64,000 bases of DNA from Candidatus Collierbacteria bacterium (GCA_903884375.1 CAISER010000025.1:1637-65636), one strand, 5' to 3'. Positions 1-10,174 are shown, counted from the first letter of the stretch. The notes: a model not told the origin generated them from the sequence alone. Made by a program: numbers and translations.

Positions 1-336
1 GATTTTGCACAATATACTGCCTATGGAATGGTAAGTGAATTAAATAACTCAAAAAATAAGATCGAAGATAGACTTGGTATCACAATAAATTCAATTTCAT
101 GGCCATTAGAAAGTTGCCCTGTTTTTGCAAGTGACCTGGTTAAAATAGGCTATCGATACGCTTTTGGAGGCTATTCGAGAGATAAAGTAATAGATCTCGC
201 GGTTAAGAAAGCAGACAAAAATCCGTTCTGTTTACCGAGAATTTTTCCTCCTAACGAAGAAGGTATCTCAATGAGGCCAAAAGGTCTCACTCTAAAAGAA
301 ATTATGGAGTTATATATTGGCGAAGAGATATCTTAG
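1..336 (+). CDS. polysaccharide deacetylase-like protein, C-terminal fragment (5' end outside window)
   Basis: Frame 1 is open from base 1 (DFAQYTAYG precedes the first Met at 28), so the CDS enters from the left edge. The pattern IEDRLGITINSISWPLESCPVFASDLVKIGYRYAFGG...NPFCLPRI resembles the C-terminal half of NodB-type deacetylases. A hairpin terminator follows. Confidence 0.4.
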   Translation, partial: DFAQYTAYGMVSELNNSKNKIEDRLGITINSISWPLESCPVFASDLVKIGYRYAFGGYSRDKVIDLAVKKADKNPFCLPRIFPPNEEGISMRPKGLTLKEIMELYIGEEIS

Positions 337-354
337 TAAAATTGTTAAAAAAAT

Positions 355-378
355 ACCCCCGGCGTTTATGCTGGGGGT
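355..378. terminator. bidirectional intrinsic terminator between convergent genes
   Basis: Stem ACCCCCGG / CTGGGGGT (one G-U pair) with an 8-nt loop. It is flanked by an A-run on the left and TTTTTGTTTTTT on the right, and lies between the stop at 336 (+) and the stop at 388 (-). Confidence 0.6.
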
Positions 379-387
379 TTTTGTTTT

Positions 388-1101
388 TTATTGAAAGGGA
401 CTGCCGTCCTTTACCTCCGCGCCAACGGCATCAAATATGGTGACGTAGAGAAACTCTGGCTTTGACTGCCCTTTAATTTTGGGGTCGAAAGTGGAGAGGT
501 TCCATTTATTATCACCAAGATACTTATACATCCCCGCTACTTGGTGTAGCGTCCTTCCTAAACGAGGGCCTTTTTGCATTGAGGGAACAAATTCTGCAAA
601 AATTGGTTCTCCCTTTTTGTTATAGCCTAATAAGATTACGACATGGCTATATTCATTGTTCCCATTGTGATTAATCCTTGTTTGAAAATAGATTAATGCA
701 CCGGGATTGATACTGCCCCACAATTTTCCATCAAGTAAATCATTAACGGTTACTTTTATTACTTGGTTGGGGACATTTTTTTCTAGCCAAGCGACTTGCA
801 TGACAGTACTTGCCCAAGGAAATTCTTTTACATCTGCATTGGCATAGTCTTCAGGCCGACTGACAGCCAAGCCAAGTTTTTCAATATACCGACTGGCATA
901 GGTACTACAATGGGCATTTTTCTCCCAGTTATACCCTTGGCCGTTGAAGGAATTTGCAGCATCGTTTGCTGCCTTTACAGCCGTCTTTGTGTATCCTTGA
1001 GGGTCATCTACCAAATCGAATGGCAGAAGACCTTGTCCGTGAACTGGACTAGCTGCCGTCAATACAAGCACGGCAACGATAAATATCACTAATTTCCTCA
1101 C
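388..1101 (-). CDS. secreted protein, possible papain-fold (NlpC/P60 or CHAP-like) cell-wall hydrolase
   Basis: N-terminal signal peptide MRKLVIFIVAVLVLTAASPVHGQG. Candidate Cys (AHCSTYASRYI) and downstream His (EYSHVVILLGY...PIFAEF) are spaced as in NlpC/P60-type enzymes. GTG start at 1101 is preceded by the strong SD AAGGAGGA 4 nt upstream. Confidence 0.45.
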   Translation of the reverse strand: MRKLVIFIVAVLVLTAASPVHGQGLLPFDLVDDPQGYTKTAVKAANDAANSFNGQGYNWEKNAHCSTYASRYIEKLGLAVSRPEDYANADVKEFPWASTVMQVAWLEKNVPNQVIKVTVNDLLDGKLWGSINPGALIYFQTRINHNGNNEYSHVVILLGYNKKGEPIFAEFVPSMQKGPRLGRTLHQVAGMYKYLGDNKWNLSTFDPKIKGQSKPEFLYVTIFDAVGAEVKDGSPFQ

Positions 1102-1283
1102 TTTATCCTCCTTTAAGGTGCTAGTTTTGATTAAACTGCGAGAATTATACCCATTACGAGCTTAATAGTTAACTATATAGGTTATTGCCGAAATTACTCA
1201 AATGCTTGGAAGTGGTGGTTGGTCTGGAAAAATATTATAAAGATAGGTCTTATTATTCGAAATAATTAAGATAAAATTAAATA

Positions 1284-2228
1284 ATGAAAATTTTAGTAAC
1301 AGGAGGCGCCGGTTTTATTGGCTCACATCTTTGTAAAAGATTGTTGGCCGAAGGAAACGAAGTGATTTGTGTAGATAATTTTTTTACCGGACGAATTAAA
1401 AATATAAAGGAATTAAAGAAAACTGACAATTTTTTGGTTGTTAAGCAAGATATTACAAAACCTTTGAAGTTTTCCGGTCTGGATAGAATATACAACTTGG
1501 CTTGTCCGGCTTCTCCTCCTGCTTACCAAAAAGATCCAGTTTTTACTTGGAAAACATGTGTTCTTGGTATGTTGAATGTATTAGAACTGGCAAAGAAAAA
1601 TGACGGTTGTATTGTTTTACAAGCTTCAACATCAGAAGTGTATGGAGATCCCTTGCAACACCCACAAACGGAAAATTATCGTGGAAATGTTAACCCCGTT
1701 GGGATTCGCTCTTGTTATGACGAAGGGAAAAGGGCAGCCGAAACATTGATGATGGATTACCATCGAAAATATAAAATACCGGTAAGGATAATTCGAATAT
1801 TTAATACCTATGGGCCTAATATGGATCCAAAAGACGGCAGAGTGGTAAGTAACTTTGTGGTTCAAGCGTTGACCAACAGAAATATTACGATTTATGGTAA
1901 CGGAACACAAACGAGAAGCTTTCAATATATTGATGATTTACTTGAGGGAATGATAAAAATGATGGAAAACAAAGTTAATTTTTCCGGTCCAGTAAATATT
2001 GGGAATCCGGTAGAGTTTAGTGTAAAAAAATTGGCAATAACTGTTTTACAAATGATCCCTAAATCAAAAAGTAAGATTGTTTATAAAAATATCCCTGATG
2101 ATGATCCAAAACTAAGAAGGCCTGATATCACTTTGGCTAAGGAAAAATTATTATGGGAACCAACCGTAAAATTAGAAGACGGACTGATTCCTACAATCGC
2201 CTATTTCAAGTCTGAAGTGCTGGGGTAA
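1284..2228 (+). CDS. UDP-glucuronate decarboxylase (UDP-xylose synthase) / NAD-dependent sugar epimerase-dehydratase family
   Basis: Rossmann motif [20 protein letters not shown], then [19 protein letters not shown], and the catalytic YDEGKR motif typical of UXS-type short-chain dehydrogenases. Confidence 0.8.
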   Translation: MKILVTGGAGFIGSHLCKRLLAEGNEVICVDNFFTGRIKNIKELKKTDNFLVVKQDITKPLKFSGLDRIYNLACPASPPAYQKDPVFTWKTCVLGMLNVLELAKKNDGCIVLQASTSEVYGDPLQHPQTENYRGNVNPVGIRSCYDEGKRAAETLMMDYHRKYKIPVRIIRIFNTYGPNMDPKDGRVVSNFVVQALTNRNITIYGNGTQTRSFQYIDDLLEGMIKMMENKVNFSGPVNIGNPVEFSVKKLAITVLQMIPKSKSKIVYKNIPDDDPKLRRPDITLAKEKLLWEPTVKLEDGLIPTIAYFKSEVLG

Positions 2229-3133
2229 ATAATTGGTTGGCCATAGTCATATATTTTTATAGGAAAGATTTCTTTTTTGATAAGAATATTGTCTTTGTAG
2301 GTTATTTTTAATATCTCTCCGAGACGGGTTTCGTCTGACCACATTTGATCAAAAATGAGATTCCCGAGAGAGTAATATATTGGTTTTCCTTGATAGATTT
2401 CATCAGTTTGAACCCAGTGAGGATGATGGCCAACAACAATATCAGCACCGGAATCTATTGCAAGATGACCTAGAAATATTTGGCGGTTGTTTGGTTTGTT
2501 TTGATATTCCCATCCCCAGTGGAAGGTAGCAATAACAATATCTGCAGAGAGTGCGGCTTCGGATATTTGAGCCGACATAAAATTTTCGTCTAATTGGGGG
2601 AAATCAGAAAATGATATTAGAGCAATTTTCACATTCTTTACTGTATTAAAGACCGGTTTGCCAAGACCAATCGGGGTGATACCGTTATTGGTGAGTATAG
2701 AGATTGTTTCATCAACTCCTTTTTGTCCCTGATTGCCGATGTGATTATTAGCAAGAGAAGCGAAATCCACTCCAGCGTAAACCAAACCAAATACACTTTT
2801 GGGGTCAGCACAAAAAATCATGCCTTTATCGGTTGGACGACAATCCGTAATAAATGGAGATTCCAAATTGATGATGGATATATCTGCTTCGGATAAAAGT
2901 GAGGTGATATTTTTGAAAGGCCAAGTCGGGTCGGCGTATTTTTGGATACGGGTATTAACGGAACGACCCAGCATAACATCGCCAGTGAATATGAAAGTCA
3001 AGGGGGAAGAAATATTAGGAAAAATTAATTCCGGAAGACGACCGGTGATGGGTAATGGTTTGGCGGAATAAAAAAATATTCCAATAAATAATCCAAGGAT
3101 AAAGAGAAAAAACAGCTTTAAATAACTGCTCAT
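2201..3133 (-). CDS. CapA-family metallophosphatase-like capsule/poly-gamma-glutamate synthesis protein
   Basis: N-terminal TM segment followed by [20 protein letters not shown] and GHHPH motifs of the CapA/PGA_cap family. Start moved to the ATG at 3133 (MSSYLKLFF...) because the longer track ORF would overlap rpsI. Confidence 0.7.
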   Translation of the reverse strand: MSSYLKLFFLFILGLFIGIFFYSAKPLPITGRLPELIFPNISSPLTFIFTGDVMLGRSVNTRIQKYADPTWPFKNITSLLSEADISIINLESPFITDCRPTDKGMIFCADPKSVFGLVYAGVDFASLANNHIGNQGQKGVDETISILTNNGITPIGLGKPVFNTVKNVKIALISFSDFPQLDENFMSAQISEAALSADIVIATFHWGWEYQNKPNNRQIFLGHLAIDSGADIVVGHHPHWVQTDEIYQGKPIYYSLGNLIFDQMWSDETRLGEILKITYKDNILIKKEIFPIKIYDYGQPIIYPSTSDLK

Positions 3134-3221
3134 GAGGACATTATCCTCTATTTGATGTTTTAACTCTTTGGAGACTGACCCCGGAGTACCGAGGACGAGT
3201 TGCTCCGCAAGTCGTCCGAAA

Positions 3222-3701
3222 TTAACGTTTCGGACTTTGTTTCTTGGCACGAGCACGACCACCTTGACCGGCTTTTCTGGTTTCTTTCATTCGAGGATCA
3301 CGAGTAAGGAAGCCCTTGTCACGCATTAATTTTTTATATTTTTCCGAATCAGCTTTAACTAACGCTCTACCAATACCATGCATAATAGCTTCTGCTTGGC
3401 TCATAATGCCGGATCCAGCAACTTTGATCGAACCAGTATATTGACCAAGAACATCAGCAATCACAAATGGGGAGTGAATCATTTTTTTGATAGTTTCTCC
3501 TTTGAAGTAGGTGGAGAGGGGTTTGCCATTAATCGTAAGCTCTTGTTTACCTGGCCAGATTCGAACACGAGCAATCGCAGTTTTACGCCGACCAACAGCC
3601 GAAAAATAATCTTTGGGCATAGCCAAAAGCCCTTTTTTAACCGGTGTTGTTTTGACCGGTTTGATAGCTACTTTGGATTTTTTGGTTAGTTTTTGTGCCA
3701 T
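3222..3701 (-). CDS. rpsI: 30S ribosomal protein S9
   Basis: GRRKTAIARVRIWPG signature and a basic C-terminus ending KR. Lies directly downstream of rplM as in the conserved pair. Carries a basic N-terminal extension. Confidence 0.95.
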   Translation of the reverse strand: MAQKLTKKSKVAIKPVKTTPVKKGLLAMPKDYFSAVGRRKTAIARVRIWPGKQELTINGKPLSTYFKGETIKKMIHSPFVIADVLGQYTGSIKVAGSGIMSQAEAIMHGIGRALVKADSEKYKKLMRDKGFLTRDPRMKETRKAGQGGRARAKKQSPKR

Positions 3702-3703
3702 AT

Positions 3704-4138
3704 TTATTTTGCGGGTTTTTTGTTAAGACCAAGTTCTTGAGAATAGGGATGTTTATCATCAATGAAGATTTTTAAGCGACGTTGTCTTGTTTGTTGGTGT
3801 TTGTCTTTTGGAAGCATACCCTTGATAGCTTTTTCGATAACTTTTCGTGAGTCTTTAGCCATAAGTTGCTCAAGGGAAATTTCTTTGAGACCACCAGGAA
3901 AACCGGAGTGAGAATAATAAATTTTATCAGTTAGTTTTTTGCCGGTAACTTTAATTTTGTCGGAGTTTATGGCGACAACGTAATCACCTTGATCTAGATG
4001 AGAACCATTTAAGGCCTTACCTTTACCCATTAATAGTGTGGCAATTTTAACAGCAGCACGTCCAAGAATCTGGCCATCGAGATCAATAAGATGCCATGTT
4101 CTTTTAATATCTTGAGGTTTTAGCGTAGTTGTTTTCAT
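3704..4138 (-). CDS. rplM: 50S ribosomal protein L13
   Basis: TWHLIDLDGQILGRAAVKIATLLMGK N-terminal L13 signature. Confidence 0.95.
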   Translation of the reverse strand: MKTTTLKPQDIKRTWHLIDLDGQILGRAAVKIATLLMGKGKALNGSHLDQGDYVVAINSDKIKVTGKKLTDKIYYSHSGFPGGLKEISLEQLMAKDSRKVIEKAIKGMLPKDKHQQTRQRRLKIFIDDKHPYSQELGLNKKPAK

Positions 4139-4143
4139 AAAGG

Positions 4144-4602
4144 TTATTTAGCTTTTTTTTCTTTTTTGACAACTTTTTTGTCTTCTTTTTCCTGAGTGAC
4201 TTTAGTTTTTTTATCTATCACTTTTTTCTCAACAACCGGCGGCATAGCCATCAAACTTAGAGTGGCAATGGAAGTGGCATCACCTTTTTGAATGGACACT
4301 TTTTGGATGGTGGTAAAACCACTTTTGCGAGTACCCATAACCGGGATAATGGCATCGATAAGTTTGTTAGCTGACTTTGGTGAACCGAGAGCAGCGGCGA
4401 CATTTCGACGAGATGCGAGTGTCCCCTCTGTAGCTTTGGCGGCAAGTTTATCAAACAATCTCTTGATTATTTTAGCTTTGGTGACCGTAGTTGTTAGTTT
4501 TCCATTTTCAATGAGTGAACGTAACTGAACCCTAAACAAGGATTTTCTTGAATTTGAGTCACGGTTGAGTTTGGAAATGATTGAGTGATGACGTCGTCCC
4601 AT
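4144..4602 (-). CDS. rplQ: 50S ribosomal protein L17
   Basis: MGRRHHSIISKLNRDSNSRKSLFRVQLRSLIENGKLTTTVTKAK matches the L17 N-terminus. Follows rpoA. Lys-rich C-terminal tail. Confidence 0.9.
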   Translation of the reverse strand: MGRRHHSIISKLNRDSNSRKSLFRVQLRSLIENGKLTTTVTKAKIIKRLFDKLAAKATEGTLASRRNVAAALGSPKSANKLIDAIIPVMGTRKSGFTTIQKVSIQKGDATSIATLSLMAMPPVVEKKVIDKKTKVTQEKEDKKVVKKEKKAK

Positions 4603-4604
4603 AT

Positions 4605-5507
4605 TTATTCAATAGTAATGCCCTTTTCACCAGCTTTTTCAATAACCTGCAAAGCAGATTTTTCGCCTAAGTTTTTGACTTTTTTGAGGTCAACCAGTGA
4701 GAGAGCTTTAAGATCTGATAATTTGTTGATATCGGCTTTTTTAAGAGCATTGAGAACACGTGTCGGAAGATCAAGATCGTCTACGAAACCAGCGGTTTCA
4801 ATGATTGATTTTGATTTTACTTCCTTGATATAGGCTTGTTCGGAGTTGACATAGTCAAAGAAACTAGTAAGTATACGGGCAGCTCCTTTTACCGCTTCTT
4901 CCGGGGTGATCGTACCATTGGTTGTAAGAGCCAAACGAACCTTGTCATAATTACTGGAACGACCGACACGGGCAGCTTCGATTGTATAGTTGGCTTTGAT
5001 TACTGGTGAGAAAGAAGAATCTAAGGGAATGACACCAATTTCATCGGTAGCATTGTCTTCTGCAGCAACATAACCCATGCCTTTAGCAACAGTCACTATG
5101 GCTGAAAGTTTGGCTTTGGCTGATGTCAAATGACAGAGAATTGTGTTGGGGTTGGCTAAAGAAACATTGGCAGGGAGATCCAAATCCGACGCTTTAACAA
5201 TGGTTTGTCCTGAAGCTTTGAGCTTAATTTCTACCGGCTCATCGGAGTCAACCTGAAAATTTAGTGTTTTTAAATTGAGGATTAATTCCAAAACATCCTC
5301 TTTCATACCTGAAAGGGTGGAGAATTGATGTGTGATCCCGTCAATTTTGACACGAATAGCGGCTCCTCCTTCAAGAGAGGTTAGTAAAACACGACGAAGA
5401 GCATTACCAAGAGTATGACCAAAGTTTTGTGGAAGCGGTTCGATAATAACTTCGGCGGTGTTAACAGCGATATCTTTGACTGAAACTTTGAAATTTGGTT
5501 CTAACAT
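4605..5507 (-). CDS. rpoA: DNA-directed RNA polymerase subunit alpha
   Basis: GHTLGNALRRVLLTSLEG N-terminal-domain motif and a C-terminal helix-hairpin-helix region (LPTRVLNALKKADI). Position is between rpsD and rplQ. Confidence 0.95.
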   Translation of the reverse strand: MLEPNFKVSVKDIAVNTAEVIIEPLPQNFGHTLGNALRRVLLTSLEGGAAIRVKIDGITHQFSTLSGMKEDVLELILNLKTLNFQVDSDEPVEIKLKASGQTIVKASDLDLPANVSLANPNTILCHLTSAKAKLSAIVTVAKGMGYVAAEDNATDEIGVIPLDSSFSPVIKANYTIEAARVGRSSNYDKVRLALTTNGTITPEEAVKGAARILTSFFDYVNSEQAYIKEVKSKSIIETAGFVDDLDLPTRVLNALKKADINKLSDLKALSLVDLKKVKNLGEKSALQVIEKAGEKGITIE

Positions 5508-5537
5508 TTTCTTTTGTTTTTTTAATTACTAAATTAA

Positions 5538-6161
5538 TTACCTTGAGTAGAACTCGATAATGAGATTTTCTTTAATATCACTGCCAATCTCATCACGAGT
5601 AGGAAGACGATCAATTTTACCTTCGGCTCCTTTTTTGGATAACCATTTGGCTGGGACGTTTTTTTCGGTCAGGTTGGGAGAGACAAAAGCAAATTTAGTG
5701 GATTTTTCAGAAAGTTTAATTGTTTGACCTGGTTTGGTAATGTATGAGGCAATATCGACTTTTTTGCCATCGACAGTGACATTCCCGTGAGTAACAAGCT
5801 GACGAGCCAAAGAACGGCTAGAAACAAATCCCAGACGGAAAATTATGTTATCCAAACGGGACTCGAGAAGTTGCATGAGAACTTCTCCGGTATTTTGAGC
5901 TGACTTAATAGCTGTTTCGTAGTAAGTGTGAAATTGATTTTCCAAAATTCCATATGAACGTTTGGCTTTTTGTTTCTCACGAAGTTGGATACCATATCCT
6001 GATAGACGGCCATGAGATCTTTTTTTACCATGTTGACCAGGAATTTGGGCACCTTTTTTTTCAATAGGACATTTGGGAGAGAAACAACGCTCTCCTTTTA
6101 GATAAAGTTTGACGCCTTCACGGCGACAAAGTCTGCATTTGGGGTCGATATATTTAGCCAT
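5538..6161 (-). CDS. rpsD: 30S ribosomal protein S4 (zinc-ribbon type)
   Basis: MAKYIDPKCRLCRREGVKLYLKGERCFSPKC N-terminus and the RLDNIIFRLGF S4 RNA-binding domain. Confidence 0.95.
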   Translation of the reverse strand: MAKYIDPKCRLCRREGVKLYLKGERCFSPKCPIEKKGAQIPGQHGKKRSHGRLSGYGIQLREKQKAKRSYGILENQFHTYYETAIKSAQNTGEVLMQLLESRLDNIIFRLGFVSSRSLARQLVTHGNVTVDGKKVDIASYITKPGQTIKLSEKSTKFAFVSPNLTEKNVPAKWLSKKGAEGKIDRLPTRDEIGSDIKENLIIEFYSR

Positions 6162-6182
6162 GTTTTGTTTTCGTATTATTTA

Positions 6183-6635
6183 TTAGACTCTTCTAGTTTT
6201 CTTTGGACGACAACCGTTGTGAGGAATAGGAGTGGTGTCGGCGAGTATATTAATTTCGATACCTGCAGTTTTGAGGACACGAAGGGCGGCATCTTTGCCT
6301 GGGCCTGGGCCTTTGAGGAAAACATCGACTGAAGTAAGACCTAAAGATTTGGCTTTTCTGGTGCCTTCTTCGATAATGGTGGTAGCTGCAAAAGGAGTTG
6401 AGCGTTTGGCACCTTTAAAACCACAAGTCCCAGCAGAACTCCAACAGATGACATCTCCATTCATATTAGTGAAGGAAACATAGGTTGTATTGAAAGTTGA
6501 TTTCACGTACATTTTTCCTTGACCACTTTTGAAATGAACTGCAGAAGCCTTTTTCCCCTTGGAAGTTATTTTGGTGGCAGGTTCAACAGTTACCGGTTCG
6601 GTTATGGTTGGTTCGATTGTTTTTGTTTCTGGCAT
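6183..6635 (-). CDS. rpsK: 30S ribosomal protein S11
   Basis: STFNTTYVSFTNMNGDVICWSSAG and GFKGAKRSTPFAA motifs, with the C-terminal PHNGCRPKKTRRV. Confidence 0.95.
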   Translation of the reverse strand: MPETKTIEPTITEPVTVEPATKITSKGKKASAVHFKSGQGKMYVKSTFNTTYVSFTNMNGDVICWSSAGTCGFKGAKRSTPFAATTIIEEGTRKAKSLGLTSVDVFLKGPGPGKDAALRVLKTAGIEINILADTTPIPHNGCRPKKTRRV

Positions 6636-6644
6636 GTTAGTTAT

Positions 6645-7049
6645 TTATTTCTTGGTTGCTGAGGCTTCTGTCTTGGTAGCGTCTTCTTTGGAAATGGCAC
6701 CAATCGTTTTTCTCTTTCCTTTACGGGTACGAGCATTGGTACGAGTTCTCTGACCATGAACAGGAAGACCCATGGTGTGACGAAGACCACGATAAGCTTG
6801 AATTCGTTTTAGAGTTTCGATGTTGTCGCGGACTATTTTTCGAAGTTCACCTTCGGTAGGAAGAGCTTCAATGGCGGCTTGGATACTCTTGAACTCATCC
6901 GAGGTTAGGTTTTTGGTTCTAATGTTGGGATCAACTTTGGCTGTCTTGAGAATATCTTTAGCAACTTTGTCGCCAATGCCAAAAATATAAGTAAGAGCAA
7001 TGTCTATTCTTTTTTCGTTTGGGATATCGATACCGGCAATTCTAGGCAT
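6645..7049 (-). CDS. rpsM: 30S ribosomal protein S13
   Basis: MPRIAGIDIPNEKRIDIALTYIFGIG N-terminus and GLPVHGQRTRTNARTRKG. Confidence 0.95.
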   Translation of the reverse strand: MPRIAGIDIPNEKRIDIALTYIFGIGDKVAKDILKTAKVDPNIRTKNLTSDEFKSIQAAIEALPTEGELRKIVRDNIETLKRIQAYRGLRHTMGLPVHGQRTRTNARTRKGKRKTIGAISKEDATKTEASATKK

Positions 7050-7062
7050 ATTTTATTTTTAG

Positions 7063-7176
7063 TTATCCTTGACGCTGTTTATGGCGTGGGTTGGTACAAA
7101 TAATGAACACCTTCCCATGGCGTTTAATAATTTTGCAGTTTTTGCATCTGGGTCTGACTGACGATTGAACGCGCAT
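7063..7176 (-). CDS. rpmJ: 50S ribosomal protein L36 (zinc-binding form)
   Basis: Not in the ORF track (37 aa). Manual minus-strand translation from the ATG at 7176 gives [37 protein letters not shown] then TAA. Sits between infA and rpsM as expected. Confidence 0.9.
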   Translation of the reverse strand: MRVQSSVRPRCKNCKIIKRHGKVFIICTNPRHKQRQG

Positions 7177-7241
7177 GCGTGTTTAGTATTTAGTTAATAA
7201 ATAGTTTTTGTATTATAAAGCAAACGGGGAGTTGAAATAGG

Positions 7242-7460
7242 TCAACCTTGCCGATAAGTGATTCTGCCTTTGTCGGTGTCGTAAGGGCTCATTTCAACCT
7301 TTACTTTGTCACCGGGCATTACACGAATGCGATATAGTCGCATTTTACCTGCAAGATGAGCCAAGATTTCTCTGCCGTCTTCGAGAGTTACCCGAAATTG
7401 TGTGTTGGGTAAAGCTTCGGAAACGACTCCGTTTACCTCAGTCATCTGGTTTTTAGCCAT
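7242..7460 (-). CDS. infA: translation initiation factor IF-1
   Basis: [54 protein letters not shown]1-like fold signature. Start placed at the internal ATG (MAKNQ...) rather than the longer track ORF. Confidence 0.9.
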   Translation of the reverse strand: MAKNQMTEVNGVVSEALPNTQFRVTLEDGREILAHLAGKMRLYRIRVMPGDKVKVEMSPYDTDKGRITYRQG

Positions 7461-7591
7461 ATTTTGTTGTACGAGCGTTATTGTATCAAATATAGGCATG
7501 TTTTGCTAGTGCCTTTTTGATACCGCTTTATTGGTTTGATTTTACTATAATTCCCTAAAAAATAGCCATCTCATTTAGGGATAATTATTAA

Positions 7592-8326
7592 TTATTTTAT
7601 GCCTGTGAGAACGAGTGGTCCATTGGCGGTAAGATAGACTGTTTCTTCATAATAGCCTGTAATGGATTTATCTTGGGTTGAAAGTGTCCAACCATCAGGA
7701 TCTTCAACCAAGTGCGAATCTCCCATGGCATACATAGCCTCAATAGCGATTGTTTGGTCTGTTTGGAGTATGTCTTTTTTGTTTTGATTGTCGGCAAACA
7801 CCGGGATGTAGGGATCCATGTGTAGTTTGCGGCCAATCCCATGACCTGTGAGGTCACGAATGACACTATAACCCCCAGCTTCGATAATTTGCTGCATAGC
7901 CAGACTTATATCAAAAACGGAGTTGCCTGGGAGAGCCATGGTTATGGCTTTTTGGAGAGCTTTTTGACCTATTTCAAGGAATTGGCTGATTTTGATATCT
8001 TTTGGCTCGATTTGAACCGTAATGGCAGTATCAAGATGATAACCATTATGGAAAAGTCCCATATCGATTTTGACAACATCACCGGGCTTGAAGGGGGTGG
8101 CATTTGGAATTCCGTGGACCATGCCTTCATTAATATTGATACAAGTAGCATGGTGGTAGCCTGGTTCCATTTTGAAAGAGGCTTTGTCACCACCTTCAGT
8201 AATCAATTTATCAGCCAACGCTTCAATTTCAATTGGAGTGATTCCGACTTTTGCGGCTTTTACAAGCTGAGTTTTAATCTCGGCAAGTCGGGCGCCACCT
8301 TCAGTCATAGCTTCCAACTTTGTCAT
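7592..8326 (-). CDS. map: type I methionine aminopeptidase
   Basis: Metal-ligand regions VVKIDMG, LTGHGIGRKLH, AIEAMYA and YYEETV. Position is between adk and infA. Confidence 0.9.
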   Translation of the reverse strand: MTKLEAMTEGGARLAEIKTQLVKAAKVGITPIEIEALADKLITEGGDKASFKMEPGYHHATCININEGMVHGIPNATPFKPGDVVKIDMGLFHNGYHLDTAITVQIEPKDIKISQFLEIGQKALQKAITMALPGNSVFDISLAMQQIIEAGGYSVIRDLTGHGIGRKLHMDPYIPVFADNQNKKDILQTDQTIAIEAMYAMGDSHLVEDPDGWTLSTQDKSITGYYEETVYLTANGPLVLTGIK

Positions 8327-8886
8327 TTTATTATTGTCAATTTACTAACAATATCATTGAAAATGGTCTGGATATCCGGTGTTCCATCTATTACCAAGAG
8401 TTTTCCTTGAGAACGATAATTTTCGATAATAGGAAGTGTAGTTTCTTCGTAAATTTTAAGTCTTTCGTTAATGGCGATTGGAGTGTCGTCTGTACGGTGT
8501 TCGATTTCGGCTCTTTTTCCGAGACGACGGAGACTTTCTTCTTTGGGAATTTCCAATAATATTACTTTGTCGATTTCGATTTTCTTTTCTTTAAAAAATG
8601 AATTCAAATACTCCGCTTGTTGAGAATCGCGGGGCGTTCCATCCAAAACAAAACCGGAAATAGCAGATAACAGTGCCGGTTCAAGAACTGAAACGATAGT
8701 TTCAAAAGGCATAAGTTTACCTGTTGTTAGAATTTTGGCAATAATTTTGCCTTTTTCTGAACCACTTTCCGCTTCATTTCGCAATAGTTCACCAGTAGAA
8801 ATGTGTTTTAGACCAAATTTTTCTGAAAGTAGTTTGGCTTGAGTGCCTTTGCCAGAGCCTTGGGGACCTAAGATTATTAAATTCAT
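8323..8886 (-). CDS. adk: adenylate kinase (short form)
   Basis: P-loop ILGPQGSGKGTQAKLLSEKFGLKHISTGELLR. At 187 aa it has no Cys4 lid. Confidence 0.9.
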   Translation of the reverse strand: MNLIILGPQGSGKGTQAKLLSEKFGLKHISTGELLRNEAESGSEKGKIIAKILTTGKLMPFETIVSVLEPALLSAISGFVLDGTPRDSQQAEYLNSFFKEKKIEIDKVILLEIPKEESLRRLGKRAEIEHRTDDTPIAINERLKIYEETTLPIIENYRSQGKLLVIDGTPDIQTIFNDIVSKLTIIK

Positions 8887-8887
8887 T

Positions 8888-10174
8888 CTAATCCAAGAAT
8901 TTATCGTAACTGTACATGAAAAGTTGAGAGTTGATGGTTTTTAAAATCTCAAGAACAACCGAGACAACGATGAGAATGCTGGTACCGCCAATGGCTAACG
9001 ATGCTATACCAGTAAAGCCTGACATTATCGAGGGAAGAATGGCAACCAATCCGAGAAAACTGGCGCCAACCAAAGTAATACGGGTGAGAACAAAATTAAG
9101 ATAGTCTACGGTATTTGGGCCTGGTCTGATTCCCGGAATAAACGAGCCGGAAGAACGAAGATCTTTGGCAATTTTTTCCGGATTGAATACAACGGCAGTA
9201 TAGAAATAGGTAAAAGCAACAACAAGAACAAAGTAAAGAATATTGTAGAGAGCAGAACTGGGAGTAAGAAGACGACTAATCGTGGTAGCAAAACCAGCAA
9301 GAGCAGGTTGATTTACCCTACCCAATATCTGACTAAGCATCCCCGGAATAAGCATAAAAGAAACTGCAAAGATGATGGGAATAACACCGGCTTGGTTTAA
9401 ACGAAGAGGTAAATGAGAACTGGCGACAGCACTGTATGACGAAGAACCTCCACGACGAGCCGACTGAATAGGAATTTCACGAACTGCTTCTCCGGTTCTC
9501 ACAATCGCATAGATAGCGGCGATAGCAAAAATAAGAAAAATTAGATAGGAAAATATTTTAGTCTGATCTATAGTAGTAAGAGTTTGCATAAGATTTATCG
9601 GAATACGACTAACGATGCCAACAAAGATAATTAAACTAATACCGTTTCCCAGACCGTAATCGTTTAACTGTTCACCCATCCAAATAAGGAGAGAGGTTCC
9701 GGCGGCTAAGGTAAAAACGATTGAAGCCAGTTGTAGAGGATCTACTGTAGTAGTTAATCCCTGCTTTTGAAGAAGAAAAATAAGTGCTATACCTTGAAGA
9801 AAACAGAGAGGAATAGTGAGAAGACGAGTATATTGATTAATTTTTTGACGACCATAATCCCCTTCTTTTTGAAGAGCTTCAAGCTTGGGGATAACCATGC
9901 CGAGCATCTGGAAAATAATTGAGGCGTTGATGTAAGGGTTTAGACCAAGGGCCATAATGGAAAAGTTACCTAAAGTGCCACCAGAAAAGACGTCAAGAAG
10001 TGAGAGAAAGGCAGAGGAATTGAACATCTCTTTGAGGGCAGCGAGATTGATCCCTGGTGCCGGAACGTGGGCTACCAGGCGGAAAATAGCGATGATTATG
10101 GCAGTAAAAATTAGACGATTGCGTAGCTCTTTGATTTTTATGAGAGCACGTAGCGGAGCTAATATATTATTCAT
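8888..10174 (-). CDS. secY: preprotein translocase subunit SecY
   Basis: Multi-TM protein with the typical SecY N-terminus (LRNRLIFTAIIIAIFRL) in the spc-operon position. Start placed at the ATG at 10174 (MNNILAPL...); the track start at 10204 is a TTG. Confidence 0.9.
   Translation of the reverse strand: MNNILAPLRALIKIKELRNRLIFTAIIIAIFRLVAHVPAPGINLAALKEMFNSSAFLSLLDVFSGGTLGNFSIMALGLNPYINASIIFQMLGMVIPKLEALQKEGDYGRQKINQYTRLLTIPLCFLQGIALIFLLQKQGLTTTVDPLQLASIVFTLAAGTSLLIWMGEQLNDYGLGNGISLIIFVGIVSRIPINLMQTLTTIDQTKIFSYLIFLIFAIAAIYAIVRTGEAVREIPIQSARRGGSSSYSAVASSHLPLRLNQAGVIPIIFAVSFMLIPGMLSQILGRVNQPALAGFATTISRLLTPSSALYNILYFVLVVAFTYFYTAVVFNPEKIAKDLRSSGSFIPGIRPGPNTVDYLNFVLTRITLVGASFLGLVAILPSIMSGFTGIASLAIGGTSILIVVSVVLEILKTINSQLFMYSYDKFLD

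Noticed and set aside
1156-1166. The 11-mer ACGAGCTTAAT occurs both here and at 22896-22906, in both cases in intergenic DNA.
   Set aside because: Across a 64-kb window on two strands, many exact 11-mer coincidences are expected. The flanks do not align.
2201-2228. A 28-nt 3'-end overlap of convergent uxs-like and capA-like genes, considered as a possible antisense regulatory arrangement.
   Set aside because: Short convergent overlaps are common in compact genomes, and nothing here points to regulation.
7841-8410. Long antisense ORFs opposite conserved genes: 189 aa opposite map/adk here, 194 aa at 21839-22423 opposite fusA, 209 aa at 50646-51275 opposite pnp, and 140 aa at 38064-38486.
   Set aside because: They mirror well-supported conserved genes, have low-complexity or odd composition and no recognisable motifs or translation signals. 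Such shadow ORFs are expected opposite strongly codon-biased genes.
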